From the NCBI GenBank assembly GCA_040954595.2, contig CM082591.2, positions 9,103,612-9,167,611 of the forward strand: a stretch of 64,000 nucleotides of DNA. The letters are read 5' to 3'. Below the pieces are notes generated by a model. The model was given only the letters and a program-made list of their open reading frames with translations, was not told the DNA's origin and made no database searches. This DNA is from Balanoglossus misakiensis (Eukaryota > Animalia > Hemichordata). Both the position numbers and the translations under genes were made by a program. Every line of letters begins with the position of its first letter. The first letter of the stretch is position 1. Shown here piece by piece: positions 40,623 to 53,585 of this stretch.

Positions 40623-41765
40623 GGCCAAAAAAAAAGAGTTTTGTTTAGCGTCCTCGCGCGCGTCACTTTTAAACATGCGCGTCAAGGCTTTTTTTTCGTA
40701 ATTTTCGAACCCGGAAATCAACTTCAGTGTTTTCTCCAGGACGCGCGATCGCGCGATTCCCCCTCTTTTACACTTGAAGCACCCCTTGTAACAAGTTCAG
40801 GGGGCGACAATCGCCCCTTCGTGAGCAGCCCACCCGGCCAGTACATGCGCGTCCAAGCCTCAATAGCATGCACCGTCAGTCAAAACACTGGGAAAACGGC
40901 CGATATTACTGCGTGCTGGCCTATACATTTTAACTTCCCACCCCCGAAAACTATGTTGTAGATGACTTTCACATTCATTTACGTGTAATTTAGCTCCAGG
41001 GCTATAGTGTGCAATTGTTGGCACAGCCTATCTGGATACCGTCTAAATTTAGCGCACACACACTAAAGTGAACTTGTTGTTATGGCGACTTTTGAAATTG
41101 GGTTGGCAGAACGTAACAATTTTATGCAAATTAAAGAAACTGCGTTCCTGCCATGGCGATTATCAAGAATGTATCAGTTTTCCATGACCTTGTTTTCTTA
41201 CTTAGGAAGGAAAGTCATTCAATATGTACAGAGACTGTTTATTTGAGTAGTGTGCCTAGCCACAGATGGGGAAGTGTAGGCAGAAATCTGAAGAAATATA
41301 TACTACTTCAATTTATTTAACTATTAATGGTTTCACAATCTAATATTTTGGCAGCTATAAAACTGAAACTTTTAAAATCAAACAAGAATTTTTTTCTCAG
41401 GTGTAGTATTAAAGAAAGACACTATTGTTTTTGCAGTTGCATTTATTTTATTAATTTCACTCTACTTGCCAGGGGAGCAGTTAATCAGTCACTCTCCTAC
41501 CACTTGTGTAATTAATTTCAGGAGAGTTATTTTCAGCTCTCCAGCTTTTTTTAAATTACATGCCCTGAAAGTTATGCAAGCTGGTGTCTTCCTCTGCAAA
41601 ATCTACTAATTTAAAGTAGAAAAAACTGTAACTGTTAATACGTTGTCAAGTTCACATGTAAAATGTTGTAATTTACTTATGCTGTTTTTATATGGAAGAA
41701 GCCGCGTCACCGCATCAATTTTGAGATTTTGCTTGGACGCTAAACAAAACTCTTTTTTTTTGGCC
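40623..41765. mobile_element. Non-autonomous PIF/Harbinger (Tourist-like) element, TAA TSD
   Basis: TAA|GGCCAAAAAAAAAGAGTTTTGTTTAGCGTCC...GGACGCTAAACAAAACTCTTTTTTTTTGGCC|TAA. A related empty-site sequence lies at 60689-60740 and a related right end at ~36200-36269. Confidence 0.88.
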
Positions 41766-41810
41766 TAACCCTCAAAGCCAAAAGTGCTCTAACACAAGAT
41801 GTATTCTTCA

Positions 41811-42162
41811 TTAAAAGGACAAAGTCTCTCTCTCGCAGCCCTTTATCCATTAATTATGTTTGATACAAGACACCGTTTATGTTATTCTACATGTGGATAT
41901 ATAGTGAATCAACGTTCAACCACCCACAATTTCTATCCCGTTTGTAGACACGAGAGTGAAAAACTCGCCCAAATAAATAATTGGTCTCTACCATTTATCC
42001 ATTTTGGGCGAGTTTTTACTCTCATATCCTACAAACGGTACGGAAGTTGTGTGTGGTCGAAAGTTGATTTACTACATGTATATATCCACATGTAGAATAA
42101 CATAAACAATGTCTTGTATCAAACATCATTAATGGAAAGGGGCAGCTAGAGAGAGACTTTGT
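41811..42162. mobile_element. ~350-bp palindromic MITE, Kolobok-like family (other copies at 60802-61151 and 62640-62993)
   Basis: Long inverted repeats GGACAAAGTCTCTCTCTCGC...GAGAGAGACTTTGT. The copy at 60802-61151 has perfect TTAA TSDs with AGGG...CCCT termini. Confidence 0.8.
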
Positions 42163-42180
42163 GCAGTGATGAGAACTTAC

Positions 42181-42357
42181 CAGACACAGGCAGGATCTAC
42201 ACACATCACCAAGAGGGTTGAAGCGATCACCATCAGCATACAAGATATTATTGTATTCACACAGACTACAGTCTGGACAGCAATCAGAAGCTGTGTACAG
42301 TCCATGCTCACATGTTACTGGACACTCTAATTCTGTACAGGTAATCTTGGAATCAGG
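42181..42357 (-). CDS. VWC junction exon
   Basis: PDSKITCTELECPVTCEHGLYTASDCCPDCSLCEYNNILYADGDRFNPLGDVCRSCLCL. Phase 0-0. Confidence 0.88.
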
Positions 42358-42387
42358 CTGAAAGAGGAACGACAACAATCAGGTTCA

Positions 42388-42600
42388 TACTGTAAAACAG
42401 TTTACTTTCGCGAGTTGAAATTTTCACGATATCGAGAGAGGCCACTATTTCGCGAGTATTAATTTTCACATTCTCTTATTTCATTCACTGCATCGTTATC
42501 TTCAAAAAAAATGTTATGCGACTTTTTATTTTCATGCTATTTTGGCTCTCGCATATTTCGCGTAAATTTATTGCTCGCGAAAATAACATGTTTTACAGTA
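42388..42600. mobile_element. ~210-bp TA-flanked MITE family (TACTGTAAAAC...GTTTTACAGTA); further copies at 43759-43952, 46596-46698 (partial), 47312-47518, 50125-50301 (partial), 54052-54263, 60100-60310
   Basis: Seven dispersed, similar copies in both orientations with TIRs and a TA TSD, consistent with a Tc1/mariner-pogo-type non-autonomous element. Confidence 0.85.
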
Positions 42601-42854
42601 TTTTGTAGTAGAAAGCAAGACATAGATATGACTAAACTCCTGACCAGTAACCTTAAATTGTTTGAGGTATGTACGAGGTCAGATCTACATAGTCGACATC
42701 CAACACATTCTCAAAATAGTGAAGTCTGCTCCAAGGGTTTACATCAAGCAATCAGTTGCACCTTTTGTTTAATACACAGAAATGACTGAACTGTGAAGAA
42801 TTTGACCAATCAGAAATCTTGTTAGATCTGTGCTACTGCATTCTGTGTTCTTAC

Positions 42855-43035
42855 CTGACAAGTACAGCTCTGACATGGATCATTCCTCTTAAACCGCGTC
42901 TGTCCAAATGGATAGCTGATTCCGGACGCATCTACACATCCCGGAAGTTGGTTGCATGTCGGGCAGCATTGTCTGAAACTTGATTGCACAGGGAAGTTCT
43001 GGACACAGTACAGGTTCACATCCTATTTGTCCATC
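42855..43035 (-). pseudogene. VWC junction exon with frameshift
   Basis: DGQIGCEPVLCPELPCAIKF then shifts frame to RQCCPTCNQLPGCVDASG...DPCQSCTCQ. 181 nt between phase-0 sites. Confidence 0.85.
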
Positions 43036-43560
43036 CTGTAATTAAATAATTAAAATTTTGATATTGCTACTAATGCAATACAGACAACATAAATAATTCT
43101 TTGTTTTGCGTCTTTCCATAAGGTACTATACTTATGCCCAGTTGCACAATGATCACTTCACAGATGATGCTGAAATAATTGCAGACACATGCATGGACGG
43201 AAGGACAGAAAAATTGATTTACTCTTTAAGTTTCCGCATTCCAAAGTATGAACTAACAACACAATTAAATTTTGCAAGTCAACTGCTGTGGCTGAAATAC
43301 ATTAATATCAGATGGAACTACAGACCGAAGTAAAAATCATAATGACTATACAACTGCCATTGAAGAATGCAATAAGGCCAACATAAATAAATTCTTTGTT
43401 TTGCGTCTATTCATAAGGTACTATACTAATGCCAAGTTGCACAATGATCACTTCACAGATGATGCTGAAATCATTGTGGACATACATGTGCATGGATGGA
43501 AGGACAGACAGACCTCTATAGGGGGAATTGGGTTGAGAGGGTGAATAGACATGTACTTAC

Positions 43561-43646
43561 TGAACACCAACAAATTGTACAGTTCTGATTGGCTGGTTTA
43601 AACGTCTCACCACTTTGAAATTCATTACCATCAAAGAAACAACTTG
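43561..43646 (-). CDS. VWC first-half exon
   Basis: ASCFFDGNEFQSGETFKPANQNCTICWCS. Phase 1-0. Confidence 0.85.
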
Positions 43647-44283
43647 CTGGGAATATACAATGAAAAAGATAACATTGCAACATAATCAGCAAATGTTAGA
43701 CATAATGGTTAGAAATACTGTATAGTACCAAATTGAACTCCAATGTACATTGATCACATACTGTAAAACGCTTTATTTTTGTGAGCAATACATTTTCGCC
43801 AAAATAGTGTGAAAATAAAAAGTTGCATAATTTTTTTAAAGATAACAATGCAGTGAATGAAATAAGAGAACGTGAAAATTAATACTCGCGAAACAGTGGC
43901 CTCTCTCGATATTGCAAAAATTTCAACTCTCAAAAATTAAGTGTTTTACAGTTGTAATGCCATGTTTGAACACTTTATCGATGCCCGATTGTGGCTGTAT
44001 GTAGCGATTCGAAAACATATACATGAACATCCATACAAACAGTATGCAGTTATCGTGGTATGCGTCACCAAGAGAAGACATACTGATGCAAATACAAGTT
44101 ACATTTTAAAGGATAGGGAAAAGGTTTGAAGTATTTTATTGTGGAAAAAAATGTGTGAAATTTGGCAGCTCTAGAGGCTTTAAATGGTATGGTAAGATCC
44201 ACATACTGAGAATGCGGAAGAAATGGTTCTCAATATTTCCCTGAAGTTCTGAATAACTAATCAAGAGAAAATTTCAAAGTCAC

Positions 44284-44371
44284 CTTCACAGACCGGACAG
44301 CATGGTCCCTGGATGGGATTTGCACACGTCACCAAAGGACAGTCGTGAACCAAACACATCACACTGCCTTT
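44284..44371 (-). CDS. VWC second-half exon
   Basis: KGSVMCLVHDCPLVTCANPIQGPCCPVCE. Phase 0-1. Confidence 0.85.
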
Positions 44372-44787
44372 CTGGAACAGAGAAAAATACAGATCATATG
44401 AAAGGAGATGCTTCAACATAACTTGTCAGTCAACTAAAATAATAAGCCAAACGTTACAGATAGTAGACCTTTGATACAAAAATAAAATCTAAATATGAGA
44501 CTAGAGCCGTAATTGATGAATTTAGTACCACATGAAATCAAGACATACTAGACATTGTGCCAAAAACAACAGCACAGCCGAACAGGGTAGCAGCCATGGT
44601 AACCTTTGTGGAACTGGTCACCAAATGGTAATGAATTCAACACAGTTCGATCACTTCATGGTGATTCTCTTTCTGACCAGAGGAACAGTGACATGTGATC
44701 AGAAAGTGACCAATCAGAATGCAATCTTAAGTATAAATGTATCTCATGTGATCAGAAATTGACCAATGCAGTCTGTCTGGTACTTAC

Positions 44788-44870
44788 CAAACATTGACAT
44801 TGTGAACATGTGTTGTTCGGATCAGTAAATATTTCACCGTCATTTGAAATATAACCATTGTATAAACATT
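44788..44870 (-). CDS. VWC first-half exon
   Basis: ECLYNGYISNDGEIFTDPNNTCSQCQCL. Phase 1-0. Confidence 0.85.
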
Positions 44871-45311
44871 CTGTTGAAAAGAAATAATGAAAAACATTAT
44901 CAGGGTAGAGGTCTTGGAATAAAAAAATTACATTAAAATTGCAATTAAATATATGTTGGCACATTTCTCGCTACATAATTAAACAATATTTTGTTTGTAA
45001 ACTGTCTGTGTTTGGACATTGCTGAATTCTTAGGGTCAGGATTAAATTTAACCATCAACAATAACAAGGCTGGGTATATGAAAGATAAAATTTTGTTATT
45101 TTAATAGCTGAATGTAATTTTCTTTCAAATTTTACCGACCTGGAAATGGATTTAAGTATACATATCATTCCATGGTAGCATGAGTTTCTGCTTTACTACA
45201 AATTCATTCTCCCAATCCTGACTAGATTTGAGATGCAGATCATCCTTATGTAAATGAATGCTTCATCAATAAACTTGATGACACAAAAGATCTAACTACA
45301 TGTGCGGTTAC

Positions 45312-45485
45312 CTTGACAACTATGACAACAATGTCCAGGGTTGGGCAATGGATGTGTGCATTCATGTTTACATATCTGTTTGACACAAGTTACAATTCCT
45401 TCACTACAGGTACAGATTTCACATTCATCAACAGGACTGGTTCATGTAGAATTGTGGTGATATTCTATATTGTTGAATACACAAC
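45312..45485 (-). pseudogene. Whole-VWC exon with a TGA at the conserved Trp position
   Basis: GCVFNNIEYHHNST*TSPVDECEICTCSEGIVTC...GHCCHSCQ. TGA at 45442-45444. Confidence 0.88.
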
Positions 45486-46756
45486 CTATAGCACAAAAAG
45501 ATTCGTTTGGAATCAATTATTCTTTGGAAAGAATTACCAAGAGCTTTATAATTTTGATTAAAACCCTACCACTACTGGGTGTCATACCCGTTTAGAGTGT
45601 CAAGGCCCTTAAAATATATATGTGCCCTTTTTCTTCTTAAAGGTATTTTGACTGTCTTGGCATGGCTCTCTAACGTACTTAAACACACTTGGCAGTCTGA
45701 GCCCCCTGTAAAATGTACCAAATCGCACTGGTTTGCACTGTATTGGTCTGAGGGTCTTGTATAGGCCCTACTGAGTAACACACACTTGGCAGTCTAACAG
45801 GTCTGGGTGACAGGATTCTAGGCACCCTGGTAATCAAACCAGATTTAACCGACATGCCAGTGTTAGCGTTAGAGTGGAAAGTTGCCCAAAATTGCAACCA
45901 TCATTATCTTCATACGACCAATCCTCTGAAATCAATAGGGCTGTATATCACGGAGAAGTAACTGATGGCTTAAATTACTAACCTTTACAATGTGGACAGC
46001 ATTCACCTACAATTTGTTCTGTATATTGGCATGGCAATACAGGGCACTGAGTAATACAACATGACAATTATGGAGAACAAATGAAGTCATTGTGAATAAC
46101 AATGCATAATGGGATGCAGGTCTAATGTGTCTAAATAATTGATCCAGAAATCAATAAAAGACAATTTCACAGTTTTATATGTATAACTTCATGCATAATA
46201 TTTTAAAGCACATTTTATTTTTCATTATATTATACCAGTATATTGATGGTGTAAATCACGCTATTTGATTGGTCGAGACACGACACGTGACCGTGATATA
46301 TTAGCCATATACCACAGTCATATATCATAGTCAAAGAAAATGCCTTTTTAAAATATTTTATGCAAAGTTTCAATATACTGACATAATATAATAGCAATAA
46401 AACACCCCCAGCCATGGCATACCACTCGATTTTGACCAGTTACGATACATAATAAAACCTTTATAGCTGAGATGCAATGTGGAACCTTTGGTAACACAGC
46501 AGAAAGGGGCTCAAACAAGGGTAAGACTCTTCTCCTATACAACCTTTGGTCTCAAGTCAGTTTAGATCAACTACACAATATATGAGCATATGATATACTG
46601 TAAAACACTTTATTTTCGCGAGTTGAAATCTTCGAGATATCGAGAAAGGCCACTGTTTTTAGAGTATTAATTTTTGTGTTCTCTTATTTCATTCACTGTT
46701 TGAACACATTTCCTGCTACATTGACTTTCTCACTTTGCATAAAGTGTGATATTTAC

Positions 46757-46852
46757 ATTTGGAGCAGTCATCTCCACTAAAGCCCTCCTGACAGTTGCAG
46801 TATCCTTGGAAACATATTCCACCATTCTTGCAGTCTGGGATGCAAGGAATCT
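46757..46852 (-). CDS. EGF-like exon
   Basis: IPCIPDCKNGGICFQGYCNCQEGFSGDDCSK. Phase 1-1. Confidence 0.8.
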
Positions 46853-47839
46853 CTGTACAAAACAATCAAAACACATTCAAAAGATGTCTGATGAAATCAT
46901 ACTTTATCAGGTAATACTTAAATCTCCACATACAAATATCACAGAATTGGAATATTTGATATTTTGATACACAATATCATTATTCTATAGCACCATTTAC
47001 TGTAAAATAACCAGTTAACAAAATGCATCATGGGCAAAATGTTGACTTAACATTGTCATTAGCATTAGAGTTTTGAACAGCGATCCATCACGTGTTTCAA
47101 GTGACATTTCAATGGTCAAAGCTTTGTTGTTGCAATATGCATACACAACTTATGAAAGTTTTCACCTTTTTGATGGCAAGACCAAAACATTCAAAGTCCC
47201 AGTTGCTCTAACTTTTAGCTATTTTTTTCACAGTATTTACAACTTGCATCATAGGGAGTTTGTTTTGATGCCCTACCCACTATTTCACCCAATACCTGTG
47301 TATCTGTGTCATACTGTAAAACACTTTATTTTCGCGAGTCGAAATTTTCGCGATATCGAGAGAGGCCACTGTTTCGCGAATATTAATTTTCGTGTTTCAT
47401 TTCATTCACTGCATTGTTATCTTCAAAACAATTACGCGACTTTTTATTTTCACGCTATTTTGGCTCTCGCGTATTTCGCGTAAACTTATTGCTCACGAAA
47501 ATAAAGTGTTTTACAGTAGTTAAGAAGTATACAATGTATGCAAATTTAGCCACAGTTACCATGGAAAGTTGAGACATGGCCAATCAGAGATTTTGCCTAC
47601 ACACTTTTTACCACTTAAGGGTATATTTCACACCACTTCTGTACCTTGCATTGTTGACGAATTATTGTTTTCAAACTTCATTACAACAATGTGCTCTCCG
47701 CCATGAATGTGCACCTTTAACCCTTTCACCACATGGTTTGATCCAAAGCCACTATTTCCTATGACAAAGATGGACCTCAATACTGGGATACAGGGGTGGG
47801 AGGGTTTAAACATCTGGCAAATATAGTCTAGTAAATATA

Positions 47840-49708
47840 GGGCTACACCCACCACAAATTGCAACAGAATTTTTTTCTTCAGAATATACTTTGATGAGGT
47901 GTCTAGAACAACATATTAAAAATGCACCCGAATCCACCTTGTGGAATATGTCTAATTTGCATAAATTTAATATTAGAGATTTTGGGGCCAAATATCAAGA
48001 AATTAACGCTTTTTTCCATGATTTTAAAGTTTAAAAACTATTTCATGTTCATGACAAAACATTTTGGAATAATATTTGACATAGGCAGTTTTCATAATTT
48101 GCATAAATTCAATATGGCAGACAGTATTCCTAAAAAAAATATATGGGCTATATATTGGATACTTAGTAAGCTATTTTAGTGTTTTTAATTCAAAATTACC
48201 TCTATGACATTTGAAACAATGTTAAAAATATCTTGTTTACATTTACACTTTATATTTTGCATAAATCCAATATTGCCGCCAAATGAATATTCAACAGCTT
48301 ATCATACTCCGGTATATAAAATAAGGTTCTGGCATAGAAAATATGTTGTAGCATTAGGATTATATACAAAAGAGAATGAAAAATGCTTCCAGATTCAAGC
48401 ATATACAGTAAAGTAGGTCCAAGTTGCAGCTAATGGAGTAAAAAAATAGTAAGGTAACATTGAACACCTATTGCCTGGCCATGAGGGCCATAGCGGCCGT
48501 TTATTACACCCGAGGGGCTGTGAGTTACCAGAATCATATGCTATAGCATATGATTCTGGTAACTCACAGTCACGAGGGGGTAAAAACGGCTGCTATGGCC
48601 CGAATATAGACCAGGCTATAGGTGTTTTATAATAAACCTCATGCTAACAGCTGGGAAAATCTTGCAATTTTCTCTTGAGGTTGGCAGACGACATCTTCCG
48701 CGGTGGCCATTGTGTCAGACGACGCGACCGTGATTGACGTGACCGAGTCTGCGCACTCACGCTGGTCACATGACCGGTTAATATTTTTTCTGCTATTTCC
48801 CTAGCGGTTCATAGTCGATTCTATTTTCCTATCACGTGACGGATTCTGGCGAATCACGGCACAGTATTAGCATGAGGTATATTATAACTCAGTTTATTTA
48901 ACAGGTGTTAGTCGTGTAACCAATTCGCCAGAATACGTTTCAGCTGATTTTTAAGACTTAGATATATGATTTTAAAATTATTTTCGGGGATAAAGTACGA
49001 CTTACAAGTTAAATAATAATCTACAATCGTCATTTAATTGACATTTTAATACTATAGGAAGTATATTGTTAGACTGATTACTATACAGGTTTAAAGAAGT
49101 CATGTGCTTATAAATATCTGTTGCATTGCTGTTATATTTTCGTTTTACATATTCATGAAAGAGAGTTTTATATTTGCTTCATTACTCATTCCTAGTGCTA
49201 CAACATATATTCTATGCTAGAACCTTATTATATATGTCGGAGTATGATAAACTGTCAAACATTCATTTGGCGGCCATATTGGATTTATGCAAAATATAAA
49301 GTGCAAATGTAAACAATTTTTTTCAAAATTGTTCCAAATGTCATAGAGGTAGTTTTGAATAAAAAACAACACTGGAATTGCTTGCGTATTACCCGATATA
49401 CTGCCCAAATATGTTTTTTTAGGAATACTGTTCACCATATTGAATTTATGCAAATTATGAAAACTGCCCATGTCAAATATTATTCCAACATGGTTCTTCA
49501 TGCACATGAAATATTTTTAAACTTTAAAATCATGGAAAAATCATGTTTATTTCTTGATATTTGGCCCAAAAATTATTAAATTTATGCAAATTAGACATAT
49601 TTCCACAAGGTGGATTCGGGTGCATTTTTGATATGTTGTTCTAGACACCTCTCCGAAATATATTCTGAAAAAAAAATTATGTTGCAATTTGTGGTGGGTT
49701 AGGTGCCC
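47840..49708. mobile_element. Non-autonomous DNA element with ~520-bp imperfect TIRs (foldback/Mutator-like), containing a nested palindromic element
   Basis: 47840-~48360 is the diverged reverse complement of ~49190-49708. Possible degenerate 8-bp TSD AAATATAG/AAATCTCG. No ORF. Confidence 0.75.
48462..48888. mobile_element. Palindromic non-autonomous element (Crypton-like structure)
   Basis: A perfect 52-bp palindrome at 48518-48569 lies inside a ~165-bp imperfect palindrome. A second IR pair is TTATAATAAACCTCATGCTAA / TTAGCATGAGGTATATTATAA. Confidence 0.5.
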
Positions 49709-49763
49709 AAATCTCGTAGATTTTCTAGACTAATAGGTGATCGTAATATTGATTTGTACTCAC

Positions 49764-49941
49764 CACAGGACGATTTTCTCCAGTCCAGCACAATCCCCTT
49801 CCTCCTGGCTTCATAGGCATAGGCAAACAATACATCACATAGACACTTTTCATGCACAGGATATGCACACATATCAGACAAACACAATTCATAGAACGAA
49901 GCTGGGTTTACTACACCATGGGCTGGCCGAAATAATGGTCC
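49764..49941 (-). CDS. C8 domain exon
   Basis: GPLFRPAHGVVNPASFYELCLSDMCAYPVHEKCLCDVLFAYAYEARRKGIVLDWRKSSC. Phase 0-1. Confidence 0.88.
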
Positions 49942-50568
49942 CTGTGTAAAACCAAACAAAAATAACAACGGATCATTTACTATGAGAAACTGTTTAAAGG
50001 TATACGGTCACCTATGGAAAATTAGCAATAGTTACCATGGCAAATTGAGAATTAGCCAATCACACATTTTCAGTGGGTGGCACACGCGAAAAAAAGAGCG
50101 CCACCATATGTTCTCAAATATGCCATTTCGCGATATTCAGAGAGGCCACTGTTTAGCGAGTATTAATTTTCGCGTTCTCTTATTTCATTCACTGCATTGT
50201 TATCTTCAAAAAAAATATGCAACTTTTTATTTTCATGCTATTTTAGCTCTCGTGTATTTCGTGAAAATTTATTGCTCGCAAATATAAAGTGTTTTACAGT
50301 AGTATTACTAATACATATACACTGTTTTTACTCTAAAACGCTCAAAGTAGAAAAATAGGCATGAGGAAAAGAGAGACAGCAAGACAGATGTTTGAAGTCT
50401 CTTAATTTTCCAGAATTGTCCTGTTTCCTGAAGTGACTTTCCAAGGAATTTCAGAGTTTGGATTGAAAATTGATAATACTATTACTAATGTTTCAGGAGT
50501 TAACACTGTACGAACCCTGATGCGTATATTGAAGACAGACTCTCACATTGTACAACCAAATGACTTAC

Positions 50569-50716
50569 ATGAAATCATCACCAGGATTATCATTGAAGTT
50601 GCCACACAGACCACAGAGTCTCCCTTTGTATGTACCATCTGCGGTGACCTCTCCAAAATGGGAGCCATCCCACGACACGCGAATACCAATACATGTATGC
50701 ACAACCACCATCAACC
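50569..50716 (-). CDS. VWD domain exon 2
   Basis: GLMVVVHTCIGIRVSWDGSHFGEVTADGTYKGRLCGLCGNFNDNPGDDF. Phase 1-2. Confidence 0.88.
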
Positions 50717-51119
50717 CTGCCATGTTACGATGTAAAACAAGTATGTTGATATAAATCAGGTTATATGTCCATTAAAGCCCTTATGGCTGCCAAATTTCAC
50801 ATATTTTTTCGACACTAAAGTACTTCAAATATATTCCCTGAGCAGAGTTGGTGTAAGAATTAACACCTCTCCGCAACCCACTGTCTATGGAGCCGAGCCT
50901 CAGCGCCTATACATAAACTTTGTGTGTGTGGACCCAAGCGAATTAAAGGATTAATGCTCTGTGTTTACCATAGGCAAATAGTGTCTCAATTTTTTCCCTG
51001 TCTGAACCTGGTATATGTCAGCCCTTTGAATGTGGTTACATGTTTTAAGTTGGCTAAACAATGCAGACATATCTAGGTATAAAAAGGGTTAAGTTTGACC
51101 TAAAATTTGATTGACTTAC

Positions 51120-51416
51120 CTATTTTTTGTATACTTAGATCTGGTTCCTGCAAGTAAGGTAATTCTACCAGGCCTCCATTGACACTTACTGTCAAATCTG
51201 GCATTAGGTTGATCACCCAATCAACTAGTCTGATCTGAATGACTTGTGTCCAGGCAACAGCATAGGTACTCTTGCCGTCATTCTGAACTATAATCTTAAA
51301 GTTATTCTGATAACAATCTTGTGATAAGACATAGGTACATGTCCCTTGGAAGGAGAAGAATTTCTCATCATATGTCCGGTAATGAGGATCTCCAAATACA
51401 ATACACGGGGCAGATT
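51120..51416 (-). CDS. VWD domain exon 1 with the GDPH autocleavage motif
   Basis: SAPCIVFGDPHYRTYDEKFFSFQGTCTYVLSQDC...LPYLQEPDLSIQKI. Phase 1-1. Confidence 0.92.
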
Positions 51417-52108
51417 CTGTAAAAAGACGGAATGCAGAAAGACTTAAAGGCATACACCCATATATGGCTAAAATGGCGTATTTGAGCGTTCTATAGAACA
51501 CATGGTGGCACTCTTTTTTACGCGTGTGCCACCCACTGAAAATCTGTGATTGGTAGCTAGTCCTCAATTTGCCATGGTAACTATTGCTGATTTTCCATAG
51601 GTGACTGTATACCTTTGAGAGTGTCTACCGAAGAATGTTGCTATGATCGCAGCATTGTAACAACAGACGTCAAATGTTACCAAAAATTTGTAAACAAATG
51701 ATATTCAAAGAATGCTTATTATGTACGTAACACATTCTGGACAGTTTTGAGGTCCCAGAATCACATTCTGTGTCTCTATTTGGCTACTCTTTCTGATTGC
51801 TCACATTTGATGGTTTGAAGGACTTCCAAAGGCAATCTGGCTGGCGTTGTTTCACATAACAATTTCTTATATCTCTTGCATTTTGTAAACAAGTCCAAAT
51901 CCTTAGACTGTTGCTCCCCTTTGAAATCTAGTTTTATCGACTTTGGTAACATTTCCTGGGTTTATGACACATTTTGATCACATTATGTCTAAATATGGCA
52001 TAGTATGCACCCAGACATAAGTGACACACGTCAGCCTCCACTATGTTTTCGTGTAAACTTGGCTGTCAGTTTTTAATAACCTCATAACATATTGATAATT
52101 AGACTCAC

Positions 52109-52160
52109 TTGGAACACATTTCTGGCAGCATTCACCATCAATATGGCCGATCTCTACTTC
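52109..52160 (-). CDS. VWC terminal micro-exon (duplicated at 63659-63710)
   Basis: EVEIGHIDGECCQKCVP. Phase 0-1. Confidence 0.85.
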
Positions 52161-52848
52161 CTGGAAATATAAACAACAAATGAATTATTACCACAGTAAA
52201 TACAAATTGTATATCCACTGAGAAGACACACAATAAAACATCTATAGCACAGTGTCTTCAAATTTTTAATACAGAGAAACCTGTCTACTAAAGACACCTT
52301 CAGGAACAGAAAGACTGTCCTTATCGCAGAGGTGTCCTTAATGACAGATTTCACTGTAATTGTATAGAAAAAATTTGAAATGGGTAAAATGTAAGTGAAT
52401 GGAACATCCCTCTTCCATAATACTGAACCTTATAAATGAATGTGCCGCTATTTAGAATTAACATATAACATATAACAGTGATTGTGAATTGATCAATTTC
52501 TGATGGACACTTGAATGAAGTACATTTATTTCAGATGCTAAACAATTGAGAAAGTTGTTTGGTTTGTTTGGTTTGATTACTACAAAAGGGCTGTCTTGAA
52601 AATCCAAATAATGAGAACTAATACAAAAGGGCTTTCTTGAAAAAAAAACAAATGATGAGGATTCTTTAATATGTTTTATGGAGTTGACCAAGAAACCTCA
52701 GTTGATACCCAAAACAAAAATATTCAGAAAACAGCACAAAGTTAGAGTTACTTGTCCTTTAAAACTATTGCTCTCAGGCCCATAAAGTAAAACAACGCAA
52801 AACTGTAGTCTGACCATACACTATTGAATTCATGACTGATAAACTTAC

Positions 52849-52947
52849 CGCTGTGCAAGTCAAAGGTTGACAGACTTCTTGAACGCAGCTCTCTTTACCA
52901 TTGAAGCAATCACAGATGTCGCACCCCACATGCCAAGTTTCACCAGA
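52849..52947 (-). CDS. VWC exon
   Basis: SGETWHVGCDICDCFNGKESCVQEVCQPLTCTA. Phase 0-0. Confidence 0.85.
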
Positions 52948-53024
52948 CTGAAAAGTGAAAGTTCAAATTTTGCTGGAAACCCGGTATGCAGATCGTGTGT
53001 GTATAATTGGTCTGTCATAATTAA

Positions 53025-53318
53025 CCCTAATGCTACTGGGTGTCATACCTGTTCAGAGTCTCAAGTCCCTTAAATAAAATACGTATTTGCCATTTTATCT
53101 TCTATAATGTATTTTGACTGTCTTGACATGGCTCTCATACGTACCTAGACACACTTGGCAGTCTGAACCTCCCAGAAAATGAACCAAATTGCACTGGTTT
53201 GTACTGTATTGGTCTGAGGGTCTTGGATAGGCCCTACTGATTAACACGCACTTGGCAGTCTAACAGGCCTGGGAGCCAGGATTCGAGGCACCTTTCAACT
53301 GACTTGGCAGCGTTAGTG
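53025..53318. mobile_element. TTAA-flanked piggyBac-like MITE; second copy at ~45560-45870
   Basis: TTAA|CCCTAATGCT...AGCGTTAGTG|TTAA. Internal sequence shared with 45560-45830. Confidence 0.6.
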
Positions 53319-53585
53319 TTAATTTACATTTCATTATACATTTGCTGTGCTACACTTATGACCATTCTCTTTACCTCTCTCGTATTTCCACTTGGTTTTT
53401 TGCAGATTACTTGCATGATAATGCATACCAAACAAATAAAAAGAGGAGTATGCCACTTGGTGCAAAGACTGGCATAAATTGCTGATGAGCTAACACCAAT
53501 GGCACAGCTCGTCTTGCATTGTGAAGTCTCAGCAGAATCCATTTTTGCAGAAAATTATCATATATCTTAGAAATTAAATTGTTAC

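Larger units (their letters stand above)
34774..46852 (-). pseudogene. EGF - (VWC)5+ - cbEGF x2 exon series of a kielin/chordin-like extracellular protein, with lesions
   Basis: GT-AG exons: 46757-46852 (EGF), 45983-46064 (5'-truncated VWC half), 45312-45485 (VWC with TGA), 44788-44870, 44284-44371, 43561-43646, 42855-43035 (frameshift), 42181-42357, 40236-40329, 35325-35444 (cbEGF DVNEC), 34774-34883 (cbEGF DDNEC, shortened). Intron phases are otherwise consistent. Confidence 0.8.

Noticed and set aside
43083-43510. Short direct duplications (43083/43378, also 21098/21162 and 29222/29476)
   Set aside because: Ordinary local duplications without further structure.
45442-45444. In-frame TGA as selenocysteine or readthrough
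   Set aside because: It aligns to the conserved Trp, not a Cys, and the gene has other independent lesions.
50380-50520. PWKV-containing stretch as the missing VWD linker exon
   Set aside because: It would need a ~50-nt intron, lacks cysteines and runs into a stop.
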